A stretch of DNA of 64,000 bases from Bryobacterales bacterium (GCA_963422375.2 OY729427.2:1152001-1216000); one strand, 5' to 3'; shown: positions 1 to 10,703, counted from the stretch's first letter. Notes: generated by a model from the sequence alone, not told the origin. Program-made: numbers and translations.

Positions 1-940
1 GCTGAAACGCAATCGCGTGCAATGCCAGAAGGGACTCAGCCCGGGCAAGTTCCTGCAGCGCTACGGCAGCGAGGGGCCATGCGAGCAGGCCGTCTTCAAC
101 GCCCGCCGGCCGGACGGCTTCCGCTGCCTGGAGTGCGGCTCCCGACGGCACTGCCGCATCCGCTCCCGCAAGCTCTGGCAGTGCCATGCCTGCCACCGCC
201 AGAGCTCCCTCGTCGCCGGCACGATCTGCGCCGCCACCCAGCTGCCGCTGACCGTCCGGTTGCTGGCGATCCACCTGCTGACGCAGGGCCAGCACGGCGT
301 TTCGTCGCTGGAACTGGCGCGGCAGCTGGGGGTCAGCCGGAACACGGCCTGGAAGGTGAAGCACAAGCTCTTGCAAGTGCTGAAGGAGCGCGACGAGCGC
401 GTGCCGCTGCACGGCATCGTGCAAGTGGACGACGCCTACTGGGGCGGGGAGCGGAGCGGCGGCAAGCGCGGGCGCGGCGCCGTTCGTCGCCGCCGCGCAG
501 GTCACCGCCGACGGCAAGCCGGCAAGGATGCGCATGAGCAGCGTGGCGGGCTTCCGCAAGAAGACGCTGGCAGCCCGGGCCGGGCGGCACTTGCAGCCCG
601 GCACGGAGGTGCATGCCGACGGCCCGGCCTGCTTCCGGGGCGTGGCCGACGCCGGCTGCGAGCACGTGCCGACCGTCACCGGAGGCGGGCAGCGGAGCTG
701 CGGGGATTCCCGCTTCGTCCGGGTCGACACGATGCTGGCGAACGTCAAGCGGTCCCTGGCGGGAACCTGCCATGCGCTCGACGGCAAGCACCTGCCGCGC
801 TACCTCGCCGAGTTCCGCTACCGCTTCAACCGCCGCTACGATCTCGAGGCGCTGGTCCCCCGCCTGCTCCACGCCTCCGTGCGCACCCCGCCCAGGCCTT
901 ACCGCCTCCTAACCTTGGCTGAGTCTTGTGGGTAATCAGG
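1..940 (+). mobile_element. IS1595-family element (IS1595 subgroup, CCTGATT ends), copy A; left end lies before the window
   Basis: Right end ...GAGTCTTGTGGGTAATCAGG (to 940) is the reverse complement of CCTGATTACC; near-identical to the copy at 5413-6446. Confidence 0.9.
17..935 (+). pseudogene. IS1595 transposase, frameshifted
   Basis: Zn ribbon CLECG...CHACH, VQVDDAY, HADG, YLAEFRYRFNRR motifs split over ORFs 17..922 and 528..935; 14-nt deletion near 480 relative to copy B. Confidence 0.9.
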
Positions 941-1998
941 TTCAGGAATGTGTCGCGAATGGCGAGAACCTGCTGGGCGGGCCGGTGGGAGCCGCCACCC
1001 CCTACAGCCAGCAGGGTCGGGAGGCGCCGCCCGCTCGACGACGACGCCCGGACCAGATCCCCGGTGACCGTTGGCACTGAGATGAAGTGCGTGATCCGGT
1101 CGCGGTCGATCAGGTCGATTGCCTGCTCGGCGTCCCATCGATGCATCAGCGTGAGCCTCCGTCCCATCCGCAACGCGCTCAGCATGCAGACGTGGCAGGC
1201 CGTGACGTGAAAGAAAGGGATCGTGACCAGCATTCGAAACTGGACCTCGAACGGCTCTTCCGGCGCGGGCTCGTCGCAGAGGATGGACTGCGCCCGATTC
1301 TCGATCTCCCATGCCATCAGGGCGTGGACAACGTTGCGGTGTGTCGAGACCGCGGCCTTTGGACCCGCCGTCGACCCGGAGGTGTAGAGCATAAGGCAGT
1401 CGTCGTCGGGCTCGTTCGGCTCCGGCGAAAGGACCGCACCGTCGGAGCAGGCCAGCGCGTCATCCCAAGCCTCGACGCAAGGAGGAAGGTCTGGCCCCGC
1501 CCGCACGGCGATCGCACGGATGCCCAATGCGGGAAGGCGGCTCGCGATACGGTCGAGGCGATCGCGGTCAGCGATCAGGACCCGCGCTCCGACATCGCGC
1601 AGGCCGTACTCTATTTCCTCACCGCTCCACCAGCCATTCAGGGAAACCGTCACTGCACCCAAGGACATCGGAGCGAAGAAGGCGACGGGCCATTCCGGGT
1701 TATTCCGCATGCAGATCGCCACGCGATCCCCGCGCCCGACGCCCAGCCGCCGCAAGGCCTCCGCGAGACGCGCCGTCCGCGAGACGATGTCCGCGAAGGT
1801 GTGCCTCTCGTTGAAGTAGCTGATGTACTCGAGACTGCCGAAACGGCGCGCGTCCAGAAGGAGGTCGACCACGCTACGCGGGGCGTTCCGGACCACCCGG
1901 CACACGTTGCCGCCGCGAACCTCGCAGTCGGCGAGTTCGAATTCCCCGCCCCGGGCGGTCAGGGAGGCAAGAACCCGCTTACGCGCCTGGGCCGACAT
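941..1998 (-). pseudogene. Long-chain acyl-CoA synthetase (AMP-binding), 3'-truncated by IS1595 copy A
   Basis: YTSGSTAGPKA AMP-binding motif, PFFHVTA; frame runs into the IS end after ...AIRDTF and lacks the YG.TE / TGD C-terminal motifs. Confidence 0.88.
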
Positions 1999-2028
1999 CG
2001 CGGAGCGGGAACTATTCTGCCACGGGCC

Positions 2029-2895
2029 TCACCGCGGAGAGTCCTGGGGCTCGTCCTCCACCGTATTGGCCAGCGTGCCGACGCCGGAGATCTCCACTTC
2101 GACGAGGTCGTCGGGCCGCAGGAAGACCGGCGGCTTGCGCGCCTTGCCGACACCACCAGTCGTGCCCGTCGAGACGACGTCGCCCGGCTGGAGCGGGAAG
2201 ACGGTCGATACGTACTCGACGAGGCAGGGGATGTCGAACAGCAGGTCGCTGGTGGGAGCGCTCTGCATGACCTTGCCGTTGAGGCGGGTCTCGAGGGAGA
2301 GGGACACCGGATCGGGAATCTCGTCGGCGGTCACCAGCCAAGGGCCGAACGCGCCGGAATGCCAGAAGTTCTTGCCGGGGGTGAACTGGGACGTGTGCCG
2401 CTGGAAGTCGCGCACCGAACCGTCGTTGTAGCAGCTGTACCCCGCGACACAATCGAGCGCCCTGGAGGCGGGCACGTGGCGGCCGCCCGTGCCGACCACG
2501 AACGCCAGCTCGCCCTCGAAGTCGAACTCGGTCGACACTCTGGGCCGAATCATCGCCTCGCCGTGCCCGACATGGGAATCCGGAAAGCGAACGAAGAGAG
2601 TGGGGTGCGAAGGCATGGCTCGCCCCGTCTCCTCGATGTGCGTGCGGTAGTTGAGGCCGACGCACACGATCCGGCCGGGATCGAGGACGGGCGGCAAAAA
2701 GCGGATCTCGTCGAGCGGGAAGTCCGGACCCCGGCCGTCCGCCTCGGCCCGCAATGCGTCGAGCGCACCGTCGCGCAGCGAAGCGGAGAGAGAGGGCCAG
2801 CGTCGCGAGAGCCTCGCCCCGAGGTCAAGGACGCCTCCGCCCGTGGCGACTCCGTAGCTTTGGCGACCGTTTCTGGTGAAACTGACGAGTTTCAT
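2029..2895 (-). CDS. Fumarylacetoacetate hydrolase family protein
   Basis: CVGLNY, DFEGELA, YNDGSVRDFQ, GKNF, LQPGDVVSTGTTGGVG; start taken at MKLVSF (ATG 2895). Confidence 0.93.
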   Translation of the reverse strand: MKLVSFTRNGRQSYGVATGGGVLDLGARLSRRWPSLSASLRDGALDALRAEADGRGPDFPLDEIRFLPPVLDPGRIVCVGLNYRTHIEETGRAMPSHPTLFVRFPDSHVGHGEAMIRPRVSTEFDFEGELAFVVGTGGRHVPASRALDCVAGYSCYNDGSVRDFQRHTSQFTPGKNFWHSGAFGPWLVTADEIPDPVSLSLETRLNGKVMQSAPTSDLLFDIPCLVEYVSTVFPLQPGDVVSTGTTGGVGKARKPPVFLRPDDLVEVEISGVGTLANTVEDEPQDSPR

Positions 2896-3210
2896 GCTCC
2901 TTCCATTGAACCGATTCCGCAACCTGCTTCGCATCCTCGCTGCAGAGCGCGTCTCGGGCACGGGCGAGGAGAGCGATTGCCAAACCGGAACAGCCATGCC
3001 TGGAGCGGCTGCAGTAGATCGCTGCGGATTGAGGCAAGGCCCTCGCCGGGCGCGCGAGGAAACTTGCGGAGACGGATCGAGGATTCCTTGCAGCACCGCA
3101 CCGTGCCGGGAGGCGGCAGCTGGACGGGCAACCAGACAGGCCTTCGTCTACCCTTCGAATCGTCGCCTAACAGCGGCGCTTCGGAAACGCTAGAGGGTGC
3201 CGGGCTGGAC

Positions 3211-5180
3211 CTACGGCGACGATTCCACCGGCACGGCCGTCCAAGTGCCGTTCGAGAGAACGAGTCGATAGACGACGAACGCGTCTGAAGCCGCCAGATG
3301 ACCGCTGGAGACGCGCTGCCACCAGATGCCGGATTCGGATCGTTCGAGCGTTACGCGCGACCCGCTCGCACCCAGAGGGACGTTGATCATAGGAACTTGG
3401 TAGGTTGCGATCCACGTTCCATTATTCCAGGTAAGCATGTATCGGTTGCCGCTTGACGTTGTCATCACGTGCCCGTTGCGGATGACTGTCCCGCCAATAC
3501 GAGAGCTGCGGTCCTCCGAGTAGTGGATGAACACGGCATTGCCACTTCGTCCCAACTCGACACGATCTGGCGGAGGAGGTACGAATACTGCCGTCCACCC
3601 GTCACCAGTTCTCTGCAGCCTGTATTCGTTTCCGTTTGACGCAACGACCGAAGCTCCGCTTGTCACTCTGTCTCCATTGAGTGTATACGTTCCATTGTCT
3701 TGTCTTCGAAGCGTTACGGTCTCTCCACTGATTCCGAGAGTCACTTGGATTCGGCTATCTGCAATCTCGTCTAGGGCCTTTTCGGATTCCAAGTAGACTT
3801 CGATTTCATCGTATATTCGATCAAAGTGATTGAATGCCACTCGGTAGTCTTCGTCGCATGGCTCTTCATCGTTCTGACTGGTTACGATCCCAATCATTCT
3901 CTGATCATCTCAAAGATGGCAGATCCAGACGAGCCGGCTTCGGTCGTACCCTGTCGCCAACGAACTGTACTGAACCCGAGCGGGCTAAGGTCACTCCACC
4001 GTTGGTAGACGACATCCCCGAAGGCGATCCGCTGAAACGCACCGTCTGGATGCGATACGTTCACGACGTCTTCCCTCGTTCTCGGCCTGCGTGCATCCCA
4101 TCCCAGCTGCGCTATACCCGTCACCGACAGCACGTCGTCCAAGTCAAGTAGCAGGAGCGCGAAGTCATCGTACCTGCTCGGCCCCTCGGACTTAACTAGT
4201 AACGATCCATAGGATCTGTCTAGATCGCCCACGACTGGTTGTCCGTAACAGGAATCCGTCTGATAATTCCATATGAATTCAGTGTTTTCTGCTTCTTCAT
4301 CGCTTCCAACACAATGCTCAGTGGTCAGGAGCAACAAATGCCTGTCAGTGTCAAAGACGGTGTTGATCGTTGCTCCAGAACAGGAATGCGATCCGGAGGA
4401 AGTGCTGATGATCAACAATGCCGTGGACTGGTATTGCGTGTCCTTCCACTCCGGATAGCACGATACATCTAAATGGCATCCGACAATCGACCGCGGTTCG
4501 ACTGCGGGGTATCGACCGTCCGATTTCTTTCGCAAGAGATTCGCTAAGCGAATTATGTGTGCTACCGATGTGACTCGAAATGGAATTGCGCTCGAACCGG
4601 CCAGAGGATCGTCAGTAACGTACTCTATCGTAGCCGCTTCCGAGAATACTATCTGGCTCCAGAAATCGCCGTCCTGTTGAGGACCGGTACCCGTGTAGGG
4701 ACCAACATATCGTGCGGAGACATCGCTTCCGTTCGGGTATATGTAGAGACGCCCGTTGACATGAAAACCTTCGAAATGCAGGCGCAACGCTCGCGCCCCG
4801 ACGGATCGAACCGTGGACCTCCAGACCATCTGGCCTGATCCTGTCGTTGTCCACTGGCCGGGAAGAGCGCCCGGGTCATCGGGATCGAGCGGCACATCGG
4901 ACTCCAGCGCGATGTCTCGCGTTGGCCCGGCCCACGACCCTCCATGACGCAATCTCTGCTCGTGGATTCCTCCGCCTTCGATCCGCGGCAGGATCACTTG
5001 CGGAGGCTGCTGCAACCATCCTCGTCCGACTGGTCCCGGCGTGACCGACGCAACTCGGCTCTCGGGGTGAAGTTCTACCTGCCGAGGCCCGTTGACACGC
5101 TGAGGTTCGGCTCCCAAGGCGTAGCTGGCACCAAGGTGCGACAGGAGGATCACGGTGACAGAGGCTGCGATTCGTTTCAT
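3211..5180 (-). pseudogene. Secreted trypsin-like (lysyl-endopeptidase-like) serine protease with C-terminal repeats, split by a 1-nt frameshift near 3911
   Basis: Signal peptide MKRIAASVTVILL; triad motifs LLLTTEHCV, DDFALL, TEAGSSGS; adding 1 nt joins AIF to DDQRMIGIVT of ORF 3211..3897. Confidence 0.82.
3214..3750 (-). repeat. Three tandem ~60-aa protein repeats (V.LG.SG..V...G...(N)GN.Y.L....G.W.A)
   Basis: VTLGISG...GNEYRL...DGWTA; VELGRSG...GNRYML...GTWIA; VPLGASG...VYRL...GTWTA in ORF 3211..3897. Confidence 0.85.
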
Positions 5181-5412
5181 GGGTTCTCGTTTCTCCCCTG
5201 CTCGTGGCTCGGAGCGCACGACGACGACAATGCCCGCCGCGCGCCCTTTCGGTACTCGATGTCGATGGCGTCTCTCGGCGATCCGGAACGCGACCTTCAA
5301 GCGGACGCCAGATCGTGCGCATGCGCGAAGTCGCCACCCAGGGCAACCTCCCCACGCATCGCGGCAGCTGCCAATCGCCCGCCTCGCATCTCTTGACAAG
5401 AGTAATGTCTTA

Positions 5413-6446
5413 CCTGATCCTGGTTACCCACAAGACTCAGCCAAGGTTAGGAGGCGGTAAGGCCTGGGCGGGGTGCGCACGGAGGCGTGGAGCAGGCGGG
5501 GGACCAGCGCCTCCAGGTCGTAGCGGCGGTTGAAGCGGTAGCGGAACTCGGCGAGGTAGCGCGGCAGGTGCTTGCCGTCGAGCGCATGGCAGGTTCCCGC
5601 CAGGGACTGCTTGACGTTCGCCAGCATCGTGTTGACCCGGACGAAGCGGGAATCCCCGCAGCTCCGCTGCCCGCCTGCGGTGACGGTCGGCACGTGCTCG
5701 CAGCCGGCGTCGGCCACGCCCCGGAAGCAGGCCGGGCCGTCGGCATGCACCTCCGTGCCGGGCTGCAAGTGCCGCCCGGCCCATGCTGCCAGCGTCTTCT
5801 TGCGCAAGCCCGCCACGCTGCTCATGCGCATCCTTGCCGGCTGGCCGGCGGCGGTGACCTGCACGGCGGCGACGAACGGCGTCTTGCCCGCCGCGCCGCG
5901 CCCGCGCTTGCCGCCGCTCCCCGCCCCGGTAGGCGTCGTCCACCTGCACGATGCCGCCCGGCGGCACGCGCTCGTCGCGCTCCTTCATCACTTGCAGGAG
6001 CTTGTGCTTCACCTTCCAGGCCGTGTTCCGGCTCACGCCCAGCTGCCGCGCCAGTTCCAGCGACGAAACGCCGTGCTGGCCCTGCGTCAGCAGGTGGATC
6101 GCCAGCAACCGGACGGTCAGCGGCAGCTGGGTGGCGGCCAAGATCGTGCCGGCGACGAGGGAGCTCTGGCGGTGGCAGGCATGGCACTGCCAGAGCTTGC
6201 GGGAGCGGATGCGGCAGTGCCGTCGGGAGCCGCACTCCAGGCAGCGGAAGCCGTCCGGCCGGCGGGCGTTGAAGACGGCCTGCTCGCATGGCCCCTCGCT
6301 GCCGTAGCGCTGCAGGAACTTGCCCGGGCTGAGTCCCTTCTGGCATTGCACGCGATTGCGTTTCAGCTGCTAGCCCCTTTCCTATCAGAGATTTCCGACC
6401 TCCTTCAGTATAGCATATCCTCGGCTGACGTTCGTTGGTAATCAGG
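5413..6446 (-). mobile_element. IS1595-family element (IS1595 subgroup), copy B, both ends present
   Basis: Imperfect ~26-bp TIRs CCTGATTACCAACGAACGTCAGCCGA (ending 6446) and CCTGGTTACCCACAAGACTCAGCCAA (from 5419, preceded by an extra CCTGAT at 5413); no target duplication seen. Confidence 0.9.
5424..6351 (-). pseudogene. IS1595 transposase, frameshifted
   Basis: Same protein as 17..935; 5-nt deletion in the GAGCGG repeat near 5915 splits it into ORFs 5437..6351 and 5424..5864. Confidence 0.9.
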
Positions 6447-6759
6447 AAATCATATGCACTGATTCGTTCTCGGGATCGATCAAGGGAACTTAGACTTGCA
6501 TCGTGTCCCAGTCCAAATCCCATGCGAGCCTCTTGATAGGCGACGCACCGAACTCCTTGAACTCATGATAGATGGAGCGCACTACGGGGCCGTATTCCCA
6601 AGCCTCCACCATCTCGTCAAGCAACGGCGTCCCGTCAAGTCATAAGTGCCAGCCATGCGCGTAGTACAGCAGCTTGTGAAGCTGCATCTGCGTGAGTCTT
6701 CGCCGCGTATGCGTAAGGAAGTAGTTAGCTACGGCCTTGGCATCATATGGCGCTGGCAT
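6447..6759 (-). pseudogene. Panacea (DUF4065/SocA/GepA-like) antitoxin, internal stops, truncated at the IS
   Basis: MPAPYDAKAVANYFL...LTQMQLHKLLYYAHGWHL*LDGTPLLDEMVEAWEYGPVVRSIYHEFK reads in one frame through stops at 6640 and ~6490 up to the IS end. Confidence 0.85.
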
Positions 6760-6812
6760 CAACCCTCGCAGTATAACGCCCTCGGGATCGACAGGCAACC
6801 ACTCTGGCCAGC

Positions 6813-8687
6813 CTAGCGCGACACAACCGATTCGGCGTAGAGGAGATCCCCGGTCAGCCCGTCGTAATACTGGAACACGGCCTGCGGGCTCTCGTACGCG
6901 ACCCAGCGGTCGTCGCCTGCGAGCGGGTTGTTGAATACGTTGTTCACTTGCACGACACAGTAGATCGGGCGCCTGCGCCACTCGTTCGGCGTGTCGTTGA
7001 CGATGAAGCTGGACCAGCGGATCTCCACGTCGCGCCCGAACGAGTTGTACGGGCCGGACTTGGGGCGGTTGCCTTCCGAGCGGAGGGGGTGGTTGGTCGA
7101 GTTGTGCGGCCCGGAGGCGAACTCCCAGACCCGGTCCGTGAGCTTGATAGCGAAGCTATTGTGCAGGTCCCCGGTTAGCACGAAGACCGGCTTGCCGAGC
7201 CCGTCCCAGAACTCGATAAGGTCCTCGCGCTCCCACAGGAATGCCGTCCACGCGTCGTCCTTGTTCGATTCGGAGATATTCGCGCTCCCCGTGCCGCCTA
7301 CATGGGAAATCGAGAAGTTCACTGACGAGACGAGGAAGAAGAAATCCGCGTCCGAATTGCGCATCGTCTCCTTGAGCCAGGCCTTCTGCTTCTCGCCCAG
7401 CATAGTCCGTCCGACCTTGCCGCGGTCGTTGGTGTCGTGCATCATGCGGTAGGAGCGGGTGTCGACGTAGAGGAACTCCGCGTTCGACACGCGAGAGCTG
7501 AAATACGAGCGGCGACCTACCGAATAGACGGGCGTACCGTCCTCGGTGGCCGCGGGGCGAATCCGCAACCGGTTGGCGTCAAGCACTTCCACGATCTCGT
7601 AGACTCGCGAGTTCGGGTCACCGCCCTCGTCGTCCGGATCGGAGCCGTCCGGATTCCGGTCCAGCAGCATGGCTCCCCAGTTCTCCGTGCCCCAATGCAC
7701 GTGGAGGGTCGACTCGGTGCTCAGGCCCGTGAAGTCCGCTTCGGAATCGCTCAGAACGTCGCTTCCGGCCTCCAGCTTCGCCCTGCCATAGACGATGGGA
7801 GGCGTGTCGGGCACGGGGTTGCTCCACGCGAGGTAGTCGTACCAAGCGCGCGTACCGACGTCGCGGAACACCGCGCGGCGATTCCTTCGACCGGGCTCGC
7901 CCGCACCGTAGATATCGTTGAGCAGCTCGTGGTCGTCGAAGGTGTAGTACGACGGCACGTTGCGGTGCCATGCACGCAGGTTCGCGCCGTTGTTGTAGAA
8001 GTTCTTGTAGTTCTCCCAGACCCCGGCGATCGACGGCATCAGGGAAACGACCCTCGGGGTGTCGTCTGGCTCTGTGCCGGTCTGCTCGCGCCACTGTTCG
8101 GCAGTGTACAGGCGGGAGGCGTTCTCGTACAGCCAGTCGCCGTCCAAGATGGCGAAGTCGATCTTGCTCTTGCTCGAGTCGCTGACGAGTTCACGCAGCA
8201 TGGTTCCGTGCGTCAGCAGCTTGGGACCGATCGGGCTGCCGCTCGGATTCTGGTTGTTGCCGCAGGCGAACTCGAAGCGGAAGTTGAACCTGCCTTCGCG
8301 GTTGTGCTCGGACTCGAGTCCCGTGGAGTCCGGCAGGGTGTGAAACGAGCCGGACCGCTCCTCCGCGCCGGAAGGAGAGCTTCCGGTGCCGATCTCGTAG
8401 TGGTACTTCGTGCCCGGCTCGAGACCTTCGAGCAGGACCCAGCCCGTGTTGTCGTCCCCAAGGGCGGTCGCGCCGGTCGCCCTCCCCGCGAGGTCGTCCG
8501 GATCGGTGCCGTAGAACACCGTGAAATCGCCGGGGCGCGAAGTGCGCGCCCAGACCCCGATATGGTCCGTGCCGAGCCTCCCCAGCACGGGTCCGTGCGT
8601 GATCGAGGGGCCGCCGCCGTCCCCGGCGGGTGCGCAGCCCAAGCCGAGGATCCAGCCAAGAACTGCGAGAGCCGCGATCTGTCTCAT
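6813..8687 (-). CDS. Alkaline phosphatase D (PhoD) family lipoprotein
   Basis: Lipobox-like LGLGC, HGPVLG, VWART, GDWLYE, FDDHE, DTRSYR, MLGEKQKAWL, LTGDLH. Confidence 0.88.
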   Translation of the reverse strand: MRQIAALAVLGWILGLGCAPAGDGGGPSITHGPVLGRLGTDHIGVWARTSRPGDFTVFYGTDPDDLAGRATGATALGDDNTGWVLLEGLEPGTKYHYEIGTGSSPSGAEERSGSFHTLPDSTGLESEHNREGRFNFRFEFACGNNQNPSGSPIGPKLLTHGTMLRELVSDSSKSKIDFAILDGDWLYENASRLYTAEQWREQTGTEPDDTPRVVSLMPSIAGVWENYKNFYNNGANLRAWHRNVPSYYTFDDHELLNDIYGAGEPGRRNRRAVFRDVGTRAWYDYLAWSNPVPDTPPIVYGRAKLEAGSDVLSDSEADFTGLSTESTLHVHWGTENWGAMLLDRNPDGSDPDDEGGDPNSRVYEIVEVLDANRLRIRPAATEDGTPVYSVGRRSYFSSRVSNAEFLYVDTRSYRMMHDTNDRGKVGRTMLGEKQKAWLKETMRNSDADFFFLVSSVNFSISHVGGTGSANISESNKDDAWTAFLWEREDLIEFWDGLGKPVFVLTGDLHNSFAIKLTDRVWEFASGPHNSTNHPLRSEGNRPKSGPYNSFGRDVEIRWSSFIVNDTPNEWRRRPIYCVVQVNNVFNNPLAGDDRWVAYESPQAVFQYYDGLTGDLLYAESVVSR

Positions 8688-8737
8688 GATTATCGAGAGA
8701 GTACCAGATGGACAATTGCCGGCTTCCGGCAAGAGGG

Positions 8738-9127
8738 CTAGAATCGGCGTCCGGCAAGCTCGCGCAGAACGCGCCGGTCACCTTCAAGGAAGTCGTAGGG
8801 CCCCAAGGCGTCCCGGGATTCCCAGCGCACTTCGGCGAACTGAGACGGGTCGATGAGCCCTCGATAGGCCCCGACCAGGAAGAACACCAAGCGGACGGAA
8901 GGCATTCCGGAATACGAGTAGTCGTACCGCAGCACTTCCCGCGCCTCCGCTGCAACGATGCCGAGCTCCTCGAGGAGCTCGCGCCGGAGCGCTTGGCAGA
9001 TGCCCTCCCCCGACTCTACCTTCCCGCCGGGGAATTCCCACTTGCCGGCATGCGCCTGGTCCGGACGCCGACGGCAGATCAGGAGCTTCCCGTCCCGCTC
9101 GATCAGGGCCACAGCTACGGTGGTCAC
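8738..9127 (-). CDS. mutT: NUDIX hydrolase, MutT-like
   Basis: GKWEFPGGKVESGE...RELLEELG Nudix box; GTG start overlaps the upstream stop. Confidence 0.8.
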   Translation of the reverse strand: MTTVAVALIERDGKLLICRRRPDQAHAGKWEFPGGKVESGEGICQALRRELLEELGIVAAEAREVLRYDYSYSGMPSVRLVFFLVGAYRGLIDPSQFAEVRWESRDALGPYDFLEGDRRVLRELAGRRF

Positions 9128-9759
9128 GAGGCCTCCTTGGCGAGGCGCGGCTCGAGACTCCGCCAGCAGTACCAGCTGGCCACGCTGCCGTACGGCCTCC
9201 AAGGCCGGAACAGCTCAAGCGCCTCGCTCCGGCCGGGCAGGGCCGCCAAGCCGTGAAGCCTGCGCAGGGCCTGCCGGACTCCCAAGTCCTCGTGCGGGAC
9301 CACATCGGGACGTCCGAGGGAGAAAATCAGGAACATCTTCGCGGTCCATACGCCGATCCCTCGCAGGTCCGTGAGCTGACGCACTACCTCGTCGCTATCC
9401 AGCGCGGGCATCGCATCCAGGTCCAAGCCCTGCTCCAGCACCGCGTCGGCCAGGCCGAGCACATAGGACGCCTTTCTGGCGGAATATCCGATCTCTCGCA
9501 GGCAATCCTCGCCGCAGGCCCGCACCGAGCGGGCGCAAACTCCCGGCGAGCCGACCCGATCCTCCAGCCGACCCCGGATCGCTCGAGCCGCCGCGCCGGA
9601 AATCTGCTGGGCAGTGATCGACCGGACCAGCATCTGGAATCCGTCGCGCTGCAGCCGCAGGCCGCACGGACCGACCCTCGCAACCAAGTCGCGCATGTGG
9701 GGGCAGGAGCACTCCAAGTGCCGATCCGCATTGCGGAGCATTTCCTCGAACGACGTCAT
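9124..9759 (-). CDS. DNA-3-methyladenine glycosylase II (AlkA/HhH-GPD family)
   Basis: ITAQQIS, LRGIGVWTAKMFLIFSLGRPDV, WRPYGS. Confidence 0.92.
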   Translation of the reverse strand: MTSFEEMLRNADRHLECSCPHMRDLVARVGPCGLRLQRDGFQMLVRSITAQQISGAAARAIRGRLEDRVGSPGVCARSVRACGEDCLREIGYSARKASYVLGLADAVLEQGLDLDAMPALDSDEVVRQLTDLRGIGVWTAKMFLIFSLGRPDVVPHEDLGVRQALRRLHGLAALPGRSEALELFRPWRPYGSVASWYCWRSLEPRLAKEAS

Positions 9760-10700
9760 CCAAGATCCATCACGGGGACGCTCCGCCCGCGCGCCCGATA
9801 GGCGAGCAGCAAGGCTCCAACCACTGGGTCATGAGCCGGGCGGCCGAGCGCGAATCCTGCGGCACCGACGGCTCGAGCGAAGATGTCCCGAGCAAGCTCG
9901 CTGCGAAACACACCGCCGGAACAGTAGACGGTCGGCTCCGGCGGCGGACAAGGGAGGGCCTGGACCGCTTGCTCGGCCAAAGATCCCAGCACCTTCGCGG
10001 CTCCGGCCATCACCTCCCGGGCGGGCTTGTCGCCGCCGCAGGCGGCGGCGTCCACCTGCGGGGCCAGCGAGGCAATGCGATCGCGGGGCCAGTTCCTGTC
10101 GTAGAACCGATGCATCGCTTCGTTGACGGTGGCGGATCCGGTAGCCTCCAAGAAATCTTCCCTCAGCGCCGTGGGCTCGCCCCAGCCCTCCTCGGCCGCT
10201 AGAGAAGCCCGCAGGGCACGCCTCACGATGTCGAACGCTCCCCCGTCGTCTCCGAACAGGTAGCCCCATCCTCCGCAGCGCGCTTCGTTGCCGGCAGCAT
10301 CGCGAGCCAGCGCTATCGAGCCCGTGCCGGCTACGACCACCACGCCGGGCCCGCCGCCGGCCGCGCCCTCCAAGGCCGCCACGGCGTCCGTGGTTACGTC
10401 GATCAAAGCCGACGGGACGACTTCGGCGAGAATGCGGCGCTTGTCGTCGGGCCCGCCGCTCATTCCGAAACAGGCCGCCTCGAACCGAGTGCCCGGGGGC
10501 AGGCCTGCGCCCGCCAGCGACTTCCGCACCAAATCGCCCACGGCAGCCCGGACAAGCGCAGCCTCTTGGCTCGTACTAGCGCGGTGGCACGGAGCGCCTC
10601 CGGCGCGGGCCAGAATCCGCCCGCTCTCGTCCCCTATGGCCGCACGTGTCGAGGACTGCCCGCCGTCGACCCCGAGGAAGAACCGTCGCGTTCCAGCCAT
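9756..10700 (-). CDS. BadF/BadG/BcrA/BcrD-type ATPase / N-acetylglucosamine kinase
   Basis: LGVDGGQSST, VVAGTGSI, GGWGYLFGDDGGA. Confidence 0.9.
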   Translation of the reverse strand: MAGTRRFFLGVDGGQSSTRAAIGDESGRILARAGGAPCHRASTSQEAALVRAAVGDLVRKSLAGAGLPPGTRFEAACFGMSGGPDDKRRILAEVVPSALIDVTTDAVAALEGAAGGGPGVVVVAGTGSIALARDAAGNEARCGGWGYLFGDDGGAFDIVRRALRASLAAEEGWGEPTALREDFLEATGSATVNEAMHRFYDRNWPRDRIASLAPQVDAAACGGDKPAREVMAGAAKVLGSLAEQAVQALPCPPPEPTVYCSGGVFRSELARDIFARAVGAAGFALGRPAHDPVVGALLLAYRARGRSVPVMDLG

Positions 10701-10703
10701 CGC

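Noticed and set aside
1087..3288. 733-aa plus-strand ORF
   Set aside because: Antisense shadow of the acyl-CoA synthetase and FAH genes, typical of high-GC DNA.
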